From: Chloroflexota bacterium
GTDB lineage: Bacteria > Chloroflexota > Dehalococcoidia > Bin125
DNA: 60,334 nucleotides
Reading direction: 5' to 3'
Assembly: GCA_026707335.1 (NCBI GenBank)
Contig: JAPOXB010000100.1
Coordinates: 1 to 60,334 of the forward strand
Every line of letters begins with the position of its first letter. Within the stretch, counting starts at the first letter, position 1. Below are positions 1-11,423 of the stretch, piece by piece. The notes under the pieces were generated by a model. The model was not told the DNA's origin, did not search any database, and saw only the letters and a list, made by a program, of their open reading frames with translations. Both the position numbers and the translations under genes were made by a program.

Positions 1-35
1 CGCCGCCGCGCCGCACGAAGGAGCCGCCCCCGCCC

Positions 36-425
36 ATGTCCACCGACGCCGCCCCAACCGACGCCCCCGCGAGTGCGACCGCGCACCTGGAGGAGGCGGA
101 GGCCATGGGGCGGCGGATCGTCGATGCGCTGGCGGATCGGCAGGCGGAGGAGATCGTGCTGCTCGACGTGAGCGCCGTGGCGGGCTTCACCGACTACTTC
201 GTGATCGCCTCCGCGACCTCGTCGCGGCAGTTCGAGGCGCTGGGCGAGGCCGTCGAACGGGCGGCCGGCGACCGCCACCTGCGGCGCGAGGGCGGCAGCG
301 AAGGCGGCTGGCAGTTGTTCGACTACAGCGACGTCGTGGTGCATCTCTTCGCCCGCGAGGAGCGCGCCTACTACGACCTGGAGGGGCTGTGGTCGGCGGG
401 GCGGCAACTGCTGCGCATTCAGTGA
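36..425 (+). CDS. rsfS: Ribosome silencing factor RsfS (iojap/DUF143 family)
   Basis: 129-aa ORF. GFTDYFVIASATSSRQ ... WQLFDYSDVVVHLF ... REERAYYDLEGLW matches the conserved RsfS core. GAAGGAG lies about 12 nt upstream of ATG 36. Confidence 0.85.
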   Translation: MSTDAAPTDAPASATAHLEEAEAMGRRIVDALADRQAEEIVLLDVSAVAGFTDYFVIASATSSRQFEALGEAVERAAGDRHLRREGGSEGGWQLFDYSDVVVHLFAREERAYYDLEGLWSAGRQLLRIQ

Positions 426-487
426 TCGCAGGGACGGCGAGGTCATAAGGGCAGGGTACCGATCGCCTGCGCCGGGGGACGGGCGCG

Positions 488-943
488 CTACTCGCGCACC
501 CAGCGGGCGGCGTCCTGCGTCCACGAGAGCAGCTCCTCGGGACGGAAGAAGAGGGCCACCTCTCGCTCCCCGGACTCCGGGGAGTCGGAGCCATGCACGA
601 TGTTGCGCCCCAGGTCGAGCGCCAGGTCGCCGCGGATGGAGCCGGGCGGCGACGCCAGCGGGTCGGTCGCGCCCATCGCCTGACGCACCGCGCGGACGGC
701 GTTCTCGCCCTCGAAGACGGCGGCGACCAGCGGGCCGCTGGTCATGAAGTCGCGCAGGCCGGGGTAGAACGGCTTCTCGACGTGCTCCGCGTAGTGGCGC
801 GCCGCGAGCGCCTCGTCCATGCGCATGAGCTTGAGGCCCACGAGTTGCAGCCCCCGCCGTTCGAGGCGGCCCAGCACCTCGCCGATCAGGCCGCGCTGCA
901 CGCCGTCGGGTTTGACCAGCACCAATGTCCGCTCGCTGCTCAT
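488..943 (-). CDS. ndk: Nucleoside diphosphate kinase
   Basis: 151 aa from ATG 943 (AAGGAGA SD upstream; ATGA overlap with the tsaB stop). Motifs RTLVLVKPDGVQRGLIGEV and NIVHGSDS (active-site His). The 277-aa track ORF is a 5' over-extension. Confidence 0.95.
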   Translation of the reverse strand: MSSERTLVLVKPDGVQRGLIGEVLGRLERRGLQLVGLKLMRMDEALAARHYAEHVEKPFYPGLRDFMTSGPLVAAVFEGENAVRAVRQAMGATDPLASPPGSIRGDLALDLGRNIVHGSDSPESGEREVALFFRPEELLSWTQDAARWVRE

Positions 944-1674
944 CGACTCGTCTCCTTCATCGCCTGGGGTTCCTCCGCGGGCGGCGGGGGCTGCGGGCCG
1001 ATGGCCGGCTCGCGCAGGTAGATCGGCTGCAGGCGCGCCGGATGCAGGTCGTCGCCGCGTGCGCGCGCGGCTTCCAGCCGCCGCCAGCCCAGCTCGGCCA
1101 GCAGCGCCGCCCGGCGCATGTTTGCGCCCGGGCCGGCCGGCGTCCAGCCGGCGTCTCGCAGAGCGGCGCGGGCCGCGTCGGGCAGGTCGTCCAGGTCGCC
1201 GCAGCAGACGCCGGCGGGACCGCCGCCGAGGGCGGCGACCAGATCGTCGGCCGCGACGAGGCGCGGTCCGGCTTCCTCCCGCCACTCCGCCGCCGGGCCG
1301 CGGTAGCGCGCGACGGCCCACTGCCGCCGCCCCGCCGAGTGCACGGCCGCCACGACGCCGGCGGCCGCGTGCGCGTAGGCCTCGATCTCGAGGCGCCCCA
1401 CGCCGAGGGCCGGCAGGCCCAGGGCCAGCGCGATGGCCGTCGCGGCGGCCATGCCGGCGCGGATGCCGCCGTAGGCGCCCGGCCCCACGTCGACGAAGAC
1501 GGCCGTCAGCTGGGAGCGCTCGGCGCCGGCGCGGCGCATCGCCTCGTCGACCGTGGGGACCAGGCTGGGGGTGTGGCGGCGGCCCGTCGGCCAGTTGATC
1601 TCGACCAGCGGCCGGCCGGCGTCGCTGACGGCGACGCTCGACTGCAGGCCGACGCTGTCGATGGAGAGTTCCAC
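940..1674 (-). CDS. tsaB: tRNA threonylcarbamoyladenosine biosynthesis protein TsaB (YeaZ)
   Basis: GTG 1674 lies 3 nt after the tsaE stop. ELSIDSVGLQSSVAV and FVDVGPGAYGGIRAGMAAATAIA are typical of the TsaB/YeaZ ASKHA fold. The track ORF 940..2223 runs on out of frame through tsaE. Confidence 0.8.
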   Translation of the reverse strand: MELSIDSVGLQSSVAVSDAGRPLVEINWPTGRRHTPSLVPTVDEAMRRAGAERSQLTAVFVDVGPGAYGGIRAGMAAATAIALALGLPALGVGRLEIEAYAHAAAGVVAAVHSAGRRQWAVARYRGPAAEWREEAGPRLVAADDLVAALGGGPAGVCCGDLDDLPDAARAALRDAGWTPAGPGANMRRAALLAELGWRRLEAARARGDDLHPARLQPIYLREPAIGPQPPPPAEEPQAMKETSR

Positions 1675-1676
1675 GC

Positions 1677-2195
1677 TTACGCGGTCTCCGACTCCGCTGC
1701 GGCGCGCAGCCGGCCCAGCAGCGCCTCCGAGCGGCCGCCCCGCGCCTCCCAGGTCAGCGTGCGATCCTCGGGGCCTTCGCCGGGCGTGATGGTGACGCGG
1801 AGGGCGTCCTCGGCGATGGGCTCCGCGCTGCGCTCGGGCCACTCGACGAGCAGCACGCCGTCCGCCGCCAGCTCGTCGAGCACGAGCTCCGCGATCTCGG
1901 CCGCCTCGTCGAGGCGGTAGAGGTCGGCGTGGAGCATGGGCAGCCGCCCGCCCAGGTGCTCGTTGACGAGCACGAAGGTGGGGCTGTTGACTACACCCCG
2001 CACGTTGAGGCCGCGGCCGACGCCCTGGGCGATCACGGTCTTGCCGGCGCCCAGATCGCCCTGCAGCAGCACGACCGCGCCCCGCGGCGCGATCGCCCCC
2101 AGCGTCGCGCCGAGGGCGCGCGTCTCGGCGGGATCGTGCGTGCGGACCTGCCAGACGGCGGCCGGCGCGTCGGCGAGCTTCGGATCGGCGGTCAT
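1677..2195 (-). CDS. tsaE: tRNA t6A biosynthesis ATPase TsaE (YjeE)
   Basis: 172 aa. P-loop LLQGDLGAGKTVIAQG, plus SPTFVLVNEH and HADLYRL motifs of TsaE. Confidence 0.9.
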   Translation of the reverse strand: MTADPKLADAPAAVWQVRTHDPAETRALGATLGAIAPRGAVVLLQGDLGAGKTVIAQGVGRGLNVRGVVNSPTFVLVNEHLGGRLPMLHADLYRLDEAAEIAELVLDELAADGVLLVEWPERSAEPIAEDALRVTITPGEGPEDRTLTWEARGGRSEALLGRLRAAAESETA

Positions 2196-2299
2196 GGGGC
2201 CAGTGTGCTGGAGCGGATAGCATGGGGCCAGTCAGAGGGCATCCAGTGCGGACGCACGCGGCGCCGCGCCGCGCGGCCGCCGTCGCCCAGGAGCCATCG

Positions 2300-2539
2300 A
2301 TGTCCGACCCGGCGCTCCGCAGTGCACTCCCCAGGTGGCTCGGCCGCTGCCTCTCCGCGCCGGTTGGCGTCTGCCGCCTCGTGCGCAGGCTGTTGCCCCG
2401 GCTGCGGCGATCGCTGCTCAGCCTGCGCGACTACGACGCCTCCACGGCGACGACGCTGCGGCTGTTCGCGCGCAACTACTGGCTCAAGGCGCGTCGACTG
2501 TCGCTCTGCTGCGGCAACCCCGGCCAGCCGGGCTGTTGA
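2300..2539 (+). CDS. Hypothetical small basic Cys-rich protein (79 aa, C-terminus LCCGNPGQPGC)
   Basis: ATG 2300 is preceded by AGGAG (2289..2293, 6-nt spacer). Third-position G/C is about 90 percent in this frame, as in known genes of the window. No family recognised. Confidence 0.45.
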   Translation: MSDPALRSALPRWLGRCLSAPVGVCRLVRRLLPRLRRSLLSLRDYDASTATTLRLFARNYWLKARRLSLCCGNPGQPGC

Positions 2540-2623
2540 ATGGATGCGCCGGGCTCCGGTGCGGAGCCGTCGGACGGGACGCACGACCACCACCATCACC
2601 ATCACCACGGATCGAACGACTAG
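2540..2623 (+). CDS. Candidate 27-codon micro-ORF MDAPGSGAEPSDGTHDHHHHHHHGSND (His-rich)
   Basis: Its ATG directly abuts the TGA of the preceding ORF (TGAATG) and is in the same frame. It contains 7 consecutive His codons. Its TAG stop abuts the gyrA stop on the other strand. No SD of its own. Confidence 0.25.
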   Translation: MDAPGSGAEPSDGTHDHHHHHHHGSND

Positions 2624-5212
2624 TCAGCGGCCGTTGCGACGCCGCCCGCTGCCGGCGCCGTTGCGCGCGGCTCCGTTGCGGGAGGACGCGCGGCGCGGGG
2701 CCGACGCCGGCTTGCCCTCGCGCCCGCCGTTGGCGGGCGCCTGCGGCCCCGCCGATCCCTCCCACGCGCTGGGCCGTACGACGGCGACGGCGGCGACGTC
2801 CATGCCAGCATCCGTCTTCATCACGGTGACGCCTTGCGTGGAGCGCCCGCAGGCCCGGATGGAGTCGACGGCGGTACGGATGAACTTGCCCTCCTCGGAG
2901 ATCAGGACGAGTTGCTCGTCGCCGGCGACCTGATGCAGCGACACCAGCGCGCCGGTGCGGTCGGAGACCTTGTGCGCGATCATGCCCTTGCCCCCGCGCC
3001 CCTTGCGCGGGTACTCCGACTCCGGCGTGCGCTTGCCGAAGCCGTTGGCCGTCACGGTGAGCAGTTCCTGGTCTGGCGCGACCTTGAGCAGGCCGACGAG
3101 CCGCCCGTCCTTGGGCAGCGTGATCGCGCGGACGCCGCCGCTCGATCGGGACGCCTCGCGCAGCGCATCGACGGGGAAGCGCACGGCCAGCCCGGCATCC
3201 GAGGCGACCATCACGTCGTCGCCCGCGTGCGCCGTGGTGGCGAGCACCAGTTCGTCGCCGTTCCGCAGGTTGAACGCCTTCAGACCCGCCCGGCGCACGT
3301 CGGCGAATTCTTTGAGCGCCGTCTTCTTGATCTGGCCGTCGCGCGTCGCCAGCAGCAGGTAGTCGTGGTCCAACTCGGGCGCGGCGACCATCGCCGTGAT
3401 GCGCTCCTCGGGCTCCACCTGCACGAGGTTGCGGATGGGCAGCCCGCGCCATTCGCGCGTGCGCTCCTCGACCTCGTGCGCCTTGAGGCTGAAGACGCGC
3501 CCGCGGTCGCTGAAGAGCAGCAGGCTGTCGTGCGTGTCGGCGACGAGCAGCTCGCGGACGGCGTCCTCGGGGCGGGTCTGCATCGCCTTGACGCCCTTGC
3601 CGCCCCGGTTCTGGGTGCGATAGGTGGCCAGCGGCATGCGCTTGATGTAGCCGCCGCGTGAGTAGGAGATCACCGTCTCCTCGTGCGCGACGAGGTCCTC
3701 CGGGCTGAAGCTCTCAGCGTCCCGCTCGACCACCTTCGAGCGCCGCTCGCCGGCGAAGCGCTCCGTCAGTTCGTCCACGTCCTCCGCGATCACGCCGTCG
3801 ATCTTCTTCGGGTCGGCCAGCAGGCCCTCCAGGTAGGCGATGGTCTCGCTGAGTTCGTTGTACTCCTCCTCCAGCTTGGTCCGCTCCAGCGCGGCCAGGC
3901 GGCGCAACTGCATGTCGAGCACGGCCTGCGCCTGCCGCTCCGACAGGCCGAAGGGGGCGCGCTGCAGGCGGCTCTTGGCGGCGTCGGCCGACTCGGCCCG
4001 CCGGATCGCCGCGATGATCTCGTCGATCATGCCGATGGCCTTCAGCAGCCCCTCGACGACGTGATGGCGGTCGCGCGCCTTCTCCAGGTCGAACTCCGAG
4101 CGGCGGCGGATCACGTCGCGGCGGTGGTCGATGTAGGCCTCGATGGCCTGCTTGAGCGAGATCGCGCGCGGGCGGCCGTCGATCAGGGCGACCATGTTGG
4201 CGGCGTAGTTCGTCTGCAGGGGCGTCAGCTTCCAGAGGAAGGCCAGCGCCAGCTGCAGGTTGCCGTCGCGCTTGAGCTCCACGACGACGCGCAGGCCGTC
4301 GCGGTCCGACTCGTCGCGCAGGTCGGCGATGCCGTCGATGCGCTTGTCGCGCACGTGGTTGGCGATCTGCTCGATCAGGGCCGCCTTGTTGACCTGGTAG
4401 GGCAGCTCGGTGAAGACGATCTGGATGCGGCCGCCGCGGGCGGTCTCCTCGGTGTGGTGGACGGCGCGCAGCGTGATGCGGCCGTGGCCCGTGCCGAAGA
4501 TCTCTCGCACGGCCGAGCGCCCCTCGCCGGCGAAGAGCAGCCCGCCGGAGGGGAAGTCGGGCGCCTCGACGACCTCCATCAGCTCGTCGACGCCGGCCTC
4601 GGGGTTGGCCAGCACGAGCTTCACGGCGGCCCCGATCTCGCCCAGGTGATGCGGCGGGATGTTGGTCGCCATGCCCACGGCGATGCCCTGGGCGCCGTTG
4701 ACCAGCAGGTTGGGCAGCCGCCCGGGCAGCACGGTCGGCTCGTTCAGGGAGCTGTCGAAGTTGGGCGCGAAATCGACCGTCTGCTTGTCGAGGTCGGCCA
4801 GCATCTCCTCGGCGATCTGGCTGAGGCGGGCCTCGGTGTAGCGCATCGCGGCGGGCGGGTCGGCGTCGATCGAGCCGAAGTTGCCCTGCCCGTCGACCAG
4901 CGCGTAGCGCAGCGAGAAGTCCTGCGCCATGCGCACCATGGCCTCGTAGACGGGGGAGTCGCCGTGCGGGTGATACTTGCCCAGCACCTCGCCGATGATG
5001 CGGGCGCTCTTCTTGAAGGCCGCGCCGGAGCGCAGGCCCAGGTCGTCCATGGCGAAGAGGATGCGGCGCTGGACGGGCTTGAGGCCGTCGCGCACGTCGG
5101 GCAGCGCGCGCGCGACGATCACGCTCATCGCGTAATCGAGGTACGAGGTGCGCATCTCCGTCTCGATGTCGCGCGGTCGCGGCGGACGGATCGCTTCCTC
5201 GGCTCTCACCAT
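2624..5212 (-). CDS. gyrA: DNA gyrase subunit A
   Basis: Start set at ATG 5212 (GAGGGGGA 8 nt upstream); the track ORF begins 19 codons earlier at 5269. Motifs [46 protein letters not shown], and the catalytic Tyr region [11 protein letters not shown]-terminal beta-pinwheel repeats are present. Confidence 0.97.
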   Translation of the reverse strand: MVRAEEAIRPPRPRDIETEMRTSYLDYAMSVIVARALPDVRDGLKPVQRRILFAMDDLGLRSGAAFKKSARIIGEVLGKYHPHGDSPVYEAMVRMAQDFSLRYALVDGQGNFGSIDADPPAAMRYTEARLSQIAEEMLADLDKQTVDFAPNFDSSLNEPTVLPGRLPNLLVNGAQGIAVGMATNIPPHHLGEIGAAVKLVLANPEAGVDELMEVVEAPDFPSGGLLFAGEGRSAVREIFGTGHGRITLRAVHHTEETARGGRIQIVFTELPYQVNKAALIEQIANHVRDKRIDGIADLRDESDRDGLRVVVELKRDGNLQLALAFLWKLTPLQTNYAANMVALIDGRPRAISLKQAIEAYIDHRRDVIRRRSEFDLEKARDRHHVVEGLLKAIGMIDEIIAAIRRAESADAAKSRLQRAPFGLSERQAQAVLDMQLRRLAALERTKLEEEYNELSETIAYLEGLLADPKKIDGVIAEDVDELTERFAGERRSKVVERDAESFSPEDLVAHEETVISYSRGGYIKRMPLATYRTQNRGGKGVKAMQTRPEDAVRELLVADTHDSLLLFSDRGRVFSLKAHEVEERTREWRGLPIRNLVQVEPEERITAMVAAPELDHDYLLLATRDGQIKKTALKEFADVRRAGLKAFNLRNGDELVLATTAHAGDDVMVASDAGLAVRFPVDALREASRSSGGVRAITLPKDGRLVGLLKVAPDQELLTVTANGFGKRTPESEYPRKGRGGKGMIAHKVSDRTGALVSLHQVAGDEQLVLISEEGKFIRTAVDSIRACGRSTQGVTVMKTDAGMDVAAVAVVRPSAWEGSAGPQAPANGGREGKPASAPRRASSRNGAARNGAGSGRRRNGR

Positions 5213-5335
5213 GCGGGCAGTCCCCCTCGGAGAGAAATCAGGTTCGAACGCGGGATCGCGTGCCCCCACATTCTATCACTCCCGGGGCTGCGTCATAGGG
5301 CGAATAACGGCCGCGAGCCGGGCCGATCGGGGGGC

Positions 5336-6121
5336 TCAGGCGTCGCCCGAGCGGTACGCCGCCAAGGCCGCCGGATCGCGCTCCACGACCCGCCACGAGG
5401 CGGGCAGCGGATTCGCGACGCCATGCTGCCGCAGCCAGCGCCGCAGCGGCGCGACCGCCGCCTCGGGCAGCCGGCAGCCGTCCCACGCCGCGGCCGGATC
5501 GACGGCCCGCAGCGCCTCGCCGAGCAACGCCCGCTGGTCCATCGCTCCCGGGCCGAAGGGGCCGTCGCCCAGATCCAGCAGCGACTCGTGCGCCCAGCCG
5601 AGCGCGGTCGGCCGCCCCGGCCCCAGGGCGGGCGCGACGACGCCGGGTATCGCGGCGAGCCGGTAGGCCGTCCCCTCGGTCGCCGAGATGCGGACGAGTT
5701 GCTCGACCGTCAGCCATTGCAGCCAGGTCTCGCAGTGGCCGCCGGGCCGGACCCGCAGCGACACGGGGATGTAGCCCCGTCCCGAGAGCGCGCCGGCGTA
5801 GGCGATCGCGGCCCGCGGGACGCGGCAGCGCAGTGTGGGGACGCTGTCGTCGGAGAGGCCGGCGTCCGCGAACTTGTCGAGCAGTTGCCGCGGGTAGGCG
5901 TTCGAGCCCACGGCGAGCACCGGGATGCGCGCCGAGATGGGCGCGCCACCGAGCGCGCGCAGCAGGTCGTCGGGGCGCTCTCCCTCGCCGAGGACGTGAA
6001 CGCTGCCGGCGGCGTAGACGTAGGGCGGGCGCGCATCGGCGGGCCGGGCGTCGGGATAGGCGCAGGGGCGCTCCCGCAGCGAGGGCAGCGCTCGCGCGTC
6101 GAGAACGGTTCGCGGCGGCAT
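5336..6121 (-). CDS. Hypothetical protein, possibly gamma-glutamylcyclotransferase/AIG2-like fold
   Basis: High-GC3 ORF. PVLAVGSNAYPRQLL resembles the YGSN motif of the GGCT fold, and SATEGTAYRL resembles the LD..EG..Y.R motif. Start is uncertain: ATG 6121, or ATG 6193 giving 24 more aa. Confidence 0.5.
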   Translation of the reverse strand: MPPRTVLDARALPSLRERPCAYPDARPADARPPYVYAAGSVHVLGEGERPDDLLRALGGAPISARIPVLAVGSNAYPRQLLDKFADAGLSDDSVPTLRCRVPRAAIAYAGALSGRGYIPVSLRVRPGGHCETWLQWLTVEQLVRISATEGTAYRLAAIPGVVAPALGPGRPTALGWAHESLLDLGDGPFGPGAMDQRALLGEALRAVDPAAAWDGCRLPEAAVAPLRRWLRQHGVANPLPASWRVVERDPAALAAYRSGDA

Positions 6122-6281
6122 CGGCGCGCTCCGATCGTCCGCGGTCGGGCCCGCGTTGTGACTATCCCGCCAGTCGATACACTGGCGAGCCATAGACCGA
6201 CGCGCCAGATCGGGCCGTGGCGCCGGGCGACCGCCGGGCCCGTTGGGGCTCCACCCGGACCGCCGGCCGGGGACATCCGCC

Positions 6282-6932
6282 GTGACGGGTAACGAGATCC
6301 CCGAAGTCGTCATCAACCGGTTGCCGGTGTACGTGCGCGCCCTCGCCCTGCTCGCGCTGGAGGGCCGCCGGGTGGTCAGCTCTCGGGAGTTGGGCGGGGA
6401 GTTGGGCGTGACGCCCGCCCAGATCCGCAAGGACCTCTCCTACTTCGGCCGCTTCGGCAAGCAGGGACGCGGCTACAACGTGGGCCACCTGCTGGACACG
6501 CTGCGCTCCATCCTGGGCCTGGACCGCGAGTGGAAGATGGCGCTGGTAGGCGCCGGGCGCCTGGGCCAGGCGATCCTCGGCTACGGCGGCTTCGGCCCGC
6601 AGGGCTTCCACATCGTCAAGGCGTTCGACTCCGCCCCCGGGCTGATCGGCCGCCGCGAGGGCGCCCTGATCGTCGAGGACGTGGCGCACCTCGGCGCGTC
6701 GCTGCGCGAGGAGCCGGTCGACATCGGCATCGTGGCGGTGCCGGGGGAGATCGCGCAGGAGGTGATCGACGTGCTGGTCGAGAGCGGCGTGCACGCGGTG
6801 CTGAACTACGCGCCCATCGCCGTGCGCGTCCCGGCCGGGGTGCAGCTGCGCCAGATCGACCCGGTGCTGTCGCTGCAGAGCATGACGTACTTCCTGGCGC
6901 AGGACGGATCGTCGGCCGCGCCCGCCGGGTGA
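6282..6932 (+). CDS. rex: Redox-sensing transcriptional repressor Rex
   Basis: N-terminal winged helix (IPEVVINRLPVYVRAL, SSRELG..LGVTPAQIRKDLSYFG.FGKQGRGY) plus Rossmann motif VGAGRLGQAI. Start is GTG 6282, or TTG 6243 as in the track. Confidence 0.9.
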   Translation: MTGNEIPEVVINRLPVYVRALALLALEGRRVVSSRELGGELGVTPAQIRKDLSYFGRFGKQGRGYNVGHLLDTLRSILGLDREWKMALVGAGRLGQAILGYGGFGPQGFHIVKAFDSAPGLIGRREGALIVEDVAHLGASLREEPVDIGIVAVPGEIAQEVIDVLVESGVHAVLNYAPIAVRVPAGVQLRQIDPVLSLQSMTYFLAQDGSSAAPAG

Positions 6933-6960
6933 GCGGGGCGCGACCCGGCCCTACTCGGCC

Positions 6961-8001
6961 CTACTCGATCGCGCCGGCCAGCGTGCCTTCGTCGCTGGGC
7001 AGCGAGCGCCGGATCACGTCGATGTACTCCAGCGCGATCGACGCCCCCTCGGCCACGCAATCCAGGGGCCGGTCGGCGATGTGGCAGGGGATGCCCGTCT
7101 CCTCGGTCAGCAGCCGGTCGACGTTGCGCAGCAGCGCGCCGCCGCCGGTCAGCACGACGCCGCGGTCGATGACGTCGGCGGACAACTCCGGCGGCATCTC
7201 CTCCAGCACGGAGCGGATCACGCCCACCACGCCGGCCAGCGGCTCCTGCAGCGCGGTGGCGATTTCGTTCGACGTGACGGTGATCGTGCGCGGCATGCCG
7301 CTGACCTGGTCGCGGCCGCGCAGCTGGGTGCGCAGCGTGTCCTCGACGGGCAGGGCCGAGCCGATGGCGATCTTCAGATCCTCGGCCGTGCGCTCGCCGA
7401 TGATCAGGCTGTGACGCCGCTTGATGTAGCTCTGGATGGCCTCGTCGAAGCGGTTGCCGGCCACGCGCTCGGAGTGCCAGACGACCATGCCGTACATGGA
7501 GATCACGGCCGCCTCGGTGCGCCCGCCGCCGATGTCGACGACGAGATTGCCGCGCGGGGTGGCGACGGGCAGCCCGGCGCCGATCGCCGCCGCCAGGGGC
7601 TCCGGGACGAGTTGCGCCGGGCGCCGGGCGCCGGCCTGCTCGGCCGCGTCGCGGACGGCCCGCTGCTCGACGGTGTTGACGCCGGCCGGGGCGGAGATCA
7701 TGACCTCCGGCCGGACCAGGTTGAGGCGCCCGGTGACGCGGCCCAGGAAGTAGCGCAGCATCGCCTCCACGACCACGTAGTCGGCGATGACGCCGTCGCG
7801 CATGGGCCGCACGATGCTGATCCCCTCGGGGCTGCGGCCCATCATCGCGCGGGCGTCCTCGCCCACGGCGACGACGGTGTTATCGCGATGGTCGAGCGCC
7901 ACGACGGCCGGTTCGCGCAGCACGACGCCCTGGCCCCGGATCGCGACGAGGATGTTCGCCGTGCCCAGGTCGATGCCGATCTTCTTGCCGAGCGCCATCA
8001 C
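6961..8001 (-). CDS. mreB: Rod shape-determining protein MreB
   Basis: 346 aa. [27 protein letters not shown] and [16 protein letters not shown] are actin-like ATPase motifs. Confidence 0.95.
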   Translation of the reverse strand: MMALGKKIGIDLGTANILVAIRGQGVVLREPAVVALDHRDNTVVAVGEDARAMMGRSPEGISIVRPMRDGVIADYVVVEAMLRYFLGRVTGRLNLVRPEVMISAPAGVNTVEQRAVRDAAEQAGARRPAQLVPEPLAAAIGAGLPVATPRGNLVVDIGGGRTEAAVISMYGMVVWHSERVAGNRFDEAIQSYIKRRHSLIIGERTAEDLKIAIGSALPVEDTLRTQLRGRDQVSGMPRTITVTSNEIATALQEPLAGVVGVIRSVLEEMPPELSADVIDRGVVLTGGGALLRNVDRLLTEETGIPCHIADRPLDCVAEGASIALEYIDVIRRSLPSDEGTLAGAIE

Positions 8002-8084
8002 TCCCTCGAGGTTCCGCGCGCCGCCCGCGCGCCGCGCTGATCATACCGGCCGCGCCGTCGCCCGACAGTCAAGCCGGGGCCGCG

Positions 8085-9365
8085 TCAGGCGCGGGGCGTC
8101 TCGGGCGCGACGCCGCGGCGCTCGATGACCGCGCCCAGGCCGCGCAGCTTCTCGCCGAAGTCCTCGTAGCCGCGCTCCAGGTGCACGACGTCCCGCAGCT
8201 CGGTCTCGCCGTCGGCGACCAGCGCGGCGACGACCAGCGCCGCCGAGGCCCGCACGTCGAGACCCTGGACGACCGCCCCGTGCAACGGCGTCGGGCCCTG
8301 CACGATGGCCGCGCTGCCCGCCGTGACGATGCGCGCGCCCATCTTGCGCAACTCCGCCACGTAGCCCAGGCGGTTCTCGAAGACGCGCTCATTGACGGTG
8401 CTCACGCCCTCGGCCTGGGTGAGCAGGGTGGTCACCAGCGCCTGCAGGTCGGTCGCCAGGCCGGGGTAGGGCACCGCCTGCGCGGTGGTTGCCTGGAGGG
8501 GCCCCCGGCGGCGCACGCGCAGCGCCTCGTCGTCCTCGTCGATCTCGACGCCGATCTCGCGCAGCTTCGAGAGCAGCGCTTCGAGGTGCCGCGGCCGCAC
8601 GTCGTGGATGCGCACGTCGCCGCCGGTGATCGCGGCCGCCACGGCGAAGGTGCCGGCCTCGATGCGATCGGGGATGAGCGTGTAGTCGGCGCCGTGGAGG
8701 GCCGCGACGCCGGTGACGGTGATCGTGTGGGAGCCGGCCCCGCGGATGCGCGCGCCCATCGCGCAGAGGAGGTCGGCGAGCGCGGCGACCTCCGGTTCGG
8801 CGGCGGCGTTGACGATCACGGTCTCGCCTTCGGCGCGGACGGCGGCGAGCATCAGGTTCTCGGTGCCGAGCACGCTGGGATAGTCGAGCACCATGCGCGC
8901 GCCGCGCAGGCGCCCCGAGGCGACGAATCGCCCCGCCTCGGTGCGCACGTCGGCGCCCAGCGCGCGGAAGCCGCGCAGGTGCACGTCGAGCGGGCGCTGG
9001 CCGATGAGGTCGCCGCCGGGCGCCGCGCAGGCGCCGCGCCCCTCGCGGGCCAGCAGCGGCCCCATGACCAGGAACGAGGCGCGCTGGTTACCGACGAGCT
9101 GATCCGGCGGCGCCTCGGCCAGCGGCCCCGCCGCGCGCACCGTGACACGATGCGCGGCCGGGTCGTGGTCCACCTCGGCGCCGAGTTGGCTCAGGATTGC
9201 GAGGAGGCCGCCCACGTCGGCGATGTCGGGCAGGTTGCGGATCGTGCAGGGCTCGGCGGTGAGCAGCGTGGCGGCCAGGCAGGGCAGGGCGGCGTTCTTG
9301 GCGCCGCTGGCGCCCACGTCGCCGCGCAGCGGTCCGCCCCCCTGCACCCGGTACAGCGGCTCCAT
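8085..9365 (-). CDS. murA: UDP-N-acetylglucosamine 1-carboxyvinyltransferase
   Basis: 426 aa. Motifs [16 protein letters not shown] and NLPDIADV. The Cys-loop region [15 protein letters not shown] has the typical MurA layout. Confidence 0.95.
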   Translation of the reverse strand: MEPLYRVQGGGPLRGDVGASGAKNAALPCLAATLLTAEPCTIRNLPDIADVGGLLAILSQLGAEVDHDPAAHRVTVRAAGPLAEAPPDQLVGNQRASFLVMGPLLAREGRGACAAPGGDLIGQRPLDVHLRGFRALGADVRTEAGRFVASGRLRGARMVLDYPSVLGTENLMLAAVRAEGETVIVNAAAEPEVAALADLLCAMGARIRGAGSHTITVTGVAALHGADYTLIPDRIEAGTFAVAAAITGGDVRIHDVRPRHLEALLSKLREIGVEIDEDDEALRVRRRGPLQATTAQAVPYPGLATDLQALVTTLLTQAEGVSTVNERVFENRLGYVAELRKMGARIVTAGSAAIVQGPTPLHGAVVQGLDVRASAALVVAALVADGETELRDVVHLERGYEDFGEKLRGLGAVIERRGVAPETPRA

Positions 9366-9467
9366 CGTGGGACGCCCTTCCGCCGCGCCGGAGCGCGCCT
9401 CACCCCTCGATCAAACTACCACGGGCGACCACGGCACGACGGGCGCCACCGGCGGAGGAGCGCGCGA

Positions 9468-9914
9468 CTACTCGGCCCCACCCGAGCCGGCGGGCATGTC
9501 GGCCCGGCCGCGGCGCCGGCGGCGGGCCACCTTGAGGCGCATGAGCGAGCGCCGCAGCGCGACCTCGGCCCGCACGCGGTCGACGGTCGCCTCCCCGCGC
9601 AGGCGCTCCTCGGCGCGCTGCCGGGCCGCCTCGGCGCGTTCGAGGTCGATCTCGGCGCCGCGCTCGGCGGCGTCGGCGAGGACCTTGACGTGGTTGTCGC
9701 GGATCTCCAGGAAGCCGCCGCTGACGAAGAAGTCGTCCTCGTCGCCGGCGCGCTTCACGCGCAGCGATCCGGCTTGCAGGCTCGTGACCAGCGGGGCGTG
9801 GCTGGGCAGGATGCCCAACTCGCCCAGGCTGCCCGGCGCGACGACCTCGTCGATCTCCTCCTCCCGCAGGAGGAGTTGTTCGCCCGTGATGATCTCCAGC
9901 GTCAGCTTCGCCAT
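9468..9914 (-). CDS. atpC: F1 ATP synthase epsilon subunit
   Basis: 148 aa. LEIITGEQLLL..., LGILPSHAPLVT and FVSGGFLEI are present. Last gene of the atp operon. Arg-rich C-terminal tail. Confidence 0.9.
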   Translation of the reverse strand: MAKLTLEIITGEQLLLREEEIDEVVAPGSLGELGILPSHAPLVTSLQAGSLRVKRAGDEDDFFVSGGFLEIRDNHVKVLADAAERGAEIDLERAEAARQRAEERLRGEATVDRVRAEVALRRSLMRLKVARRRRRGRADMPAGSGGAE

Positions 9915-9944
9915 CGCGGCGCCCTTTCGCGATCCGGCGTCCGC

Positions 9945-11423
<1,479 letters not shown>

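Noticed and set aside
2497-2539. SLCCGNP resembling the ArsM/methyltransferase SLGCGNP motif (possible gene remnant)
   Set aside because: None of the three frames downstream continues into a SAM-binding VLDLGSGGG-type segment. The spacing to the upstream YDA motif differs. Probably coincidental.
2540-2623. His7 micro-ORF as a histidine-operon attenuation leader
   Set aside because: Seven consecutive His codons recall hisL. However, there is no downstream gene on this strand, because the ORF ends against the convergent gyrA stop. There is also no terminator/antiterminator pair.
5241-5250. GGTTCGAAC, tRNA T-loop-like string upstream of gyrA
   Set aside because: The flanking bases cannot form a T-arm stem, and no acceptor or anticodon arms can be drawn on either strand.
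6156-6161. TTGTGA Rex half-site in the region upstream of rex
   Set aside because: Only one half-site is present and there is no TCACAA partner at the correct spacing. It also lies inside or next to the coding start of the divergent gene.
3683-6292. 869-aa plus-strand ORF
   Set aside because: It is antisense to gyrA and the following gene, and no motifs are present. Shadow ORF.
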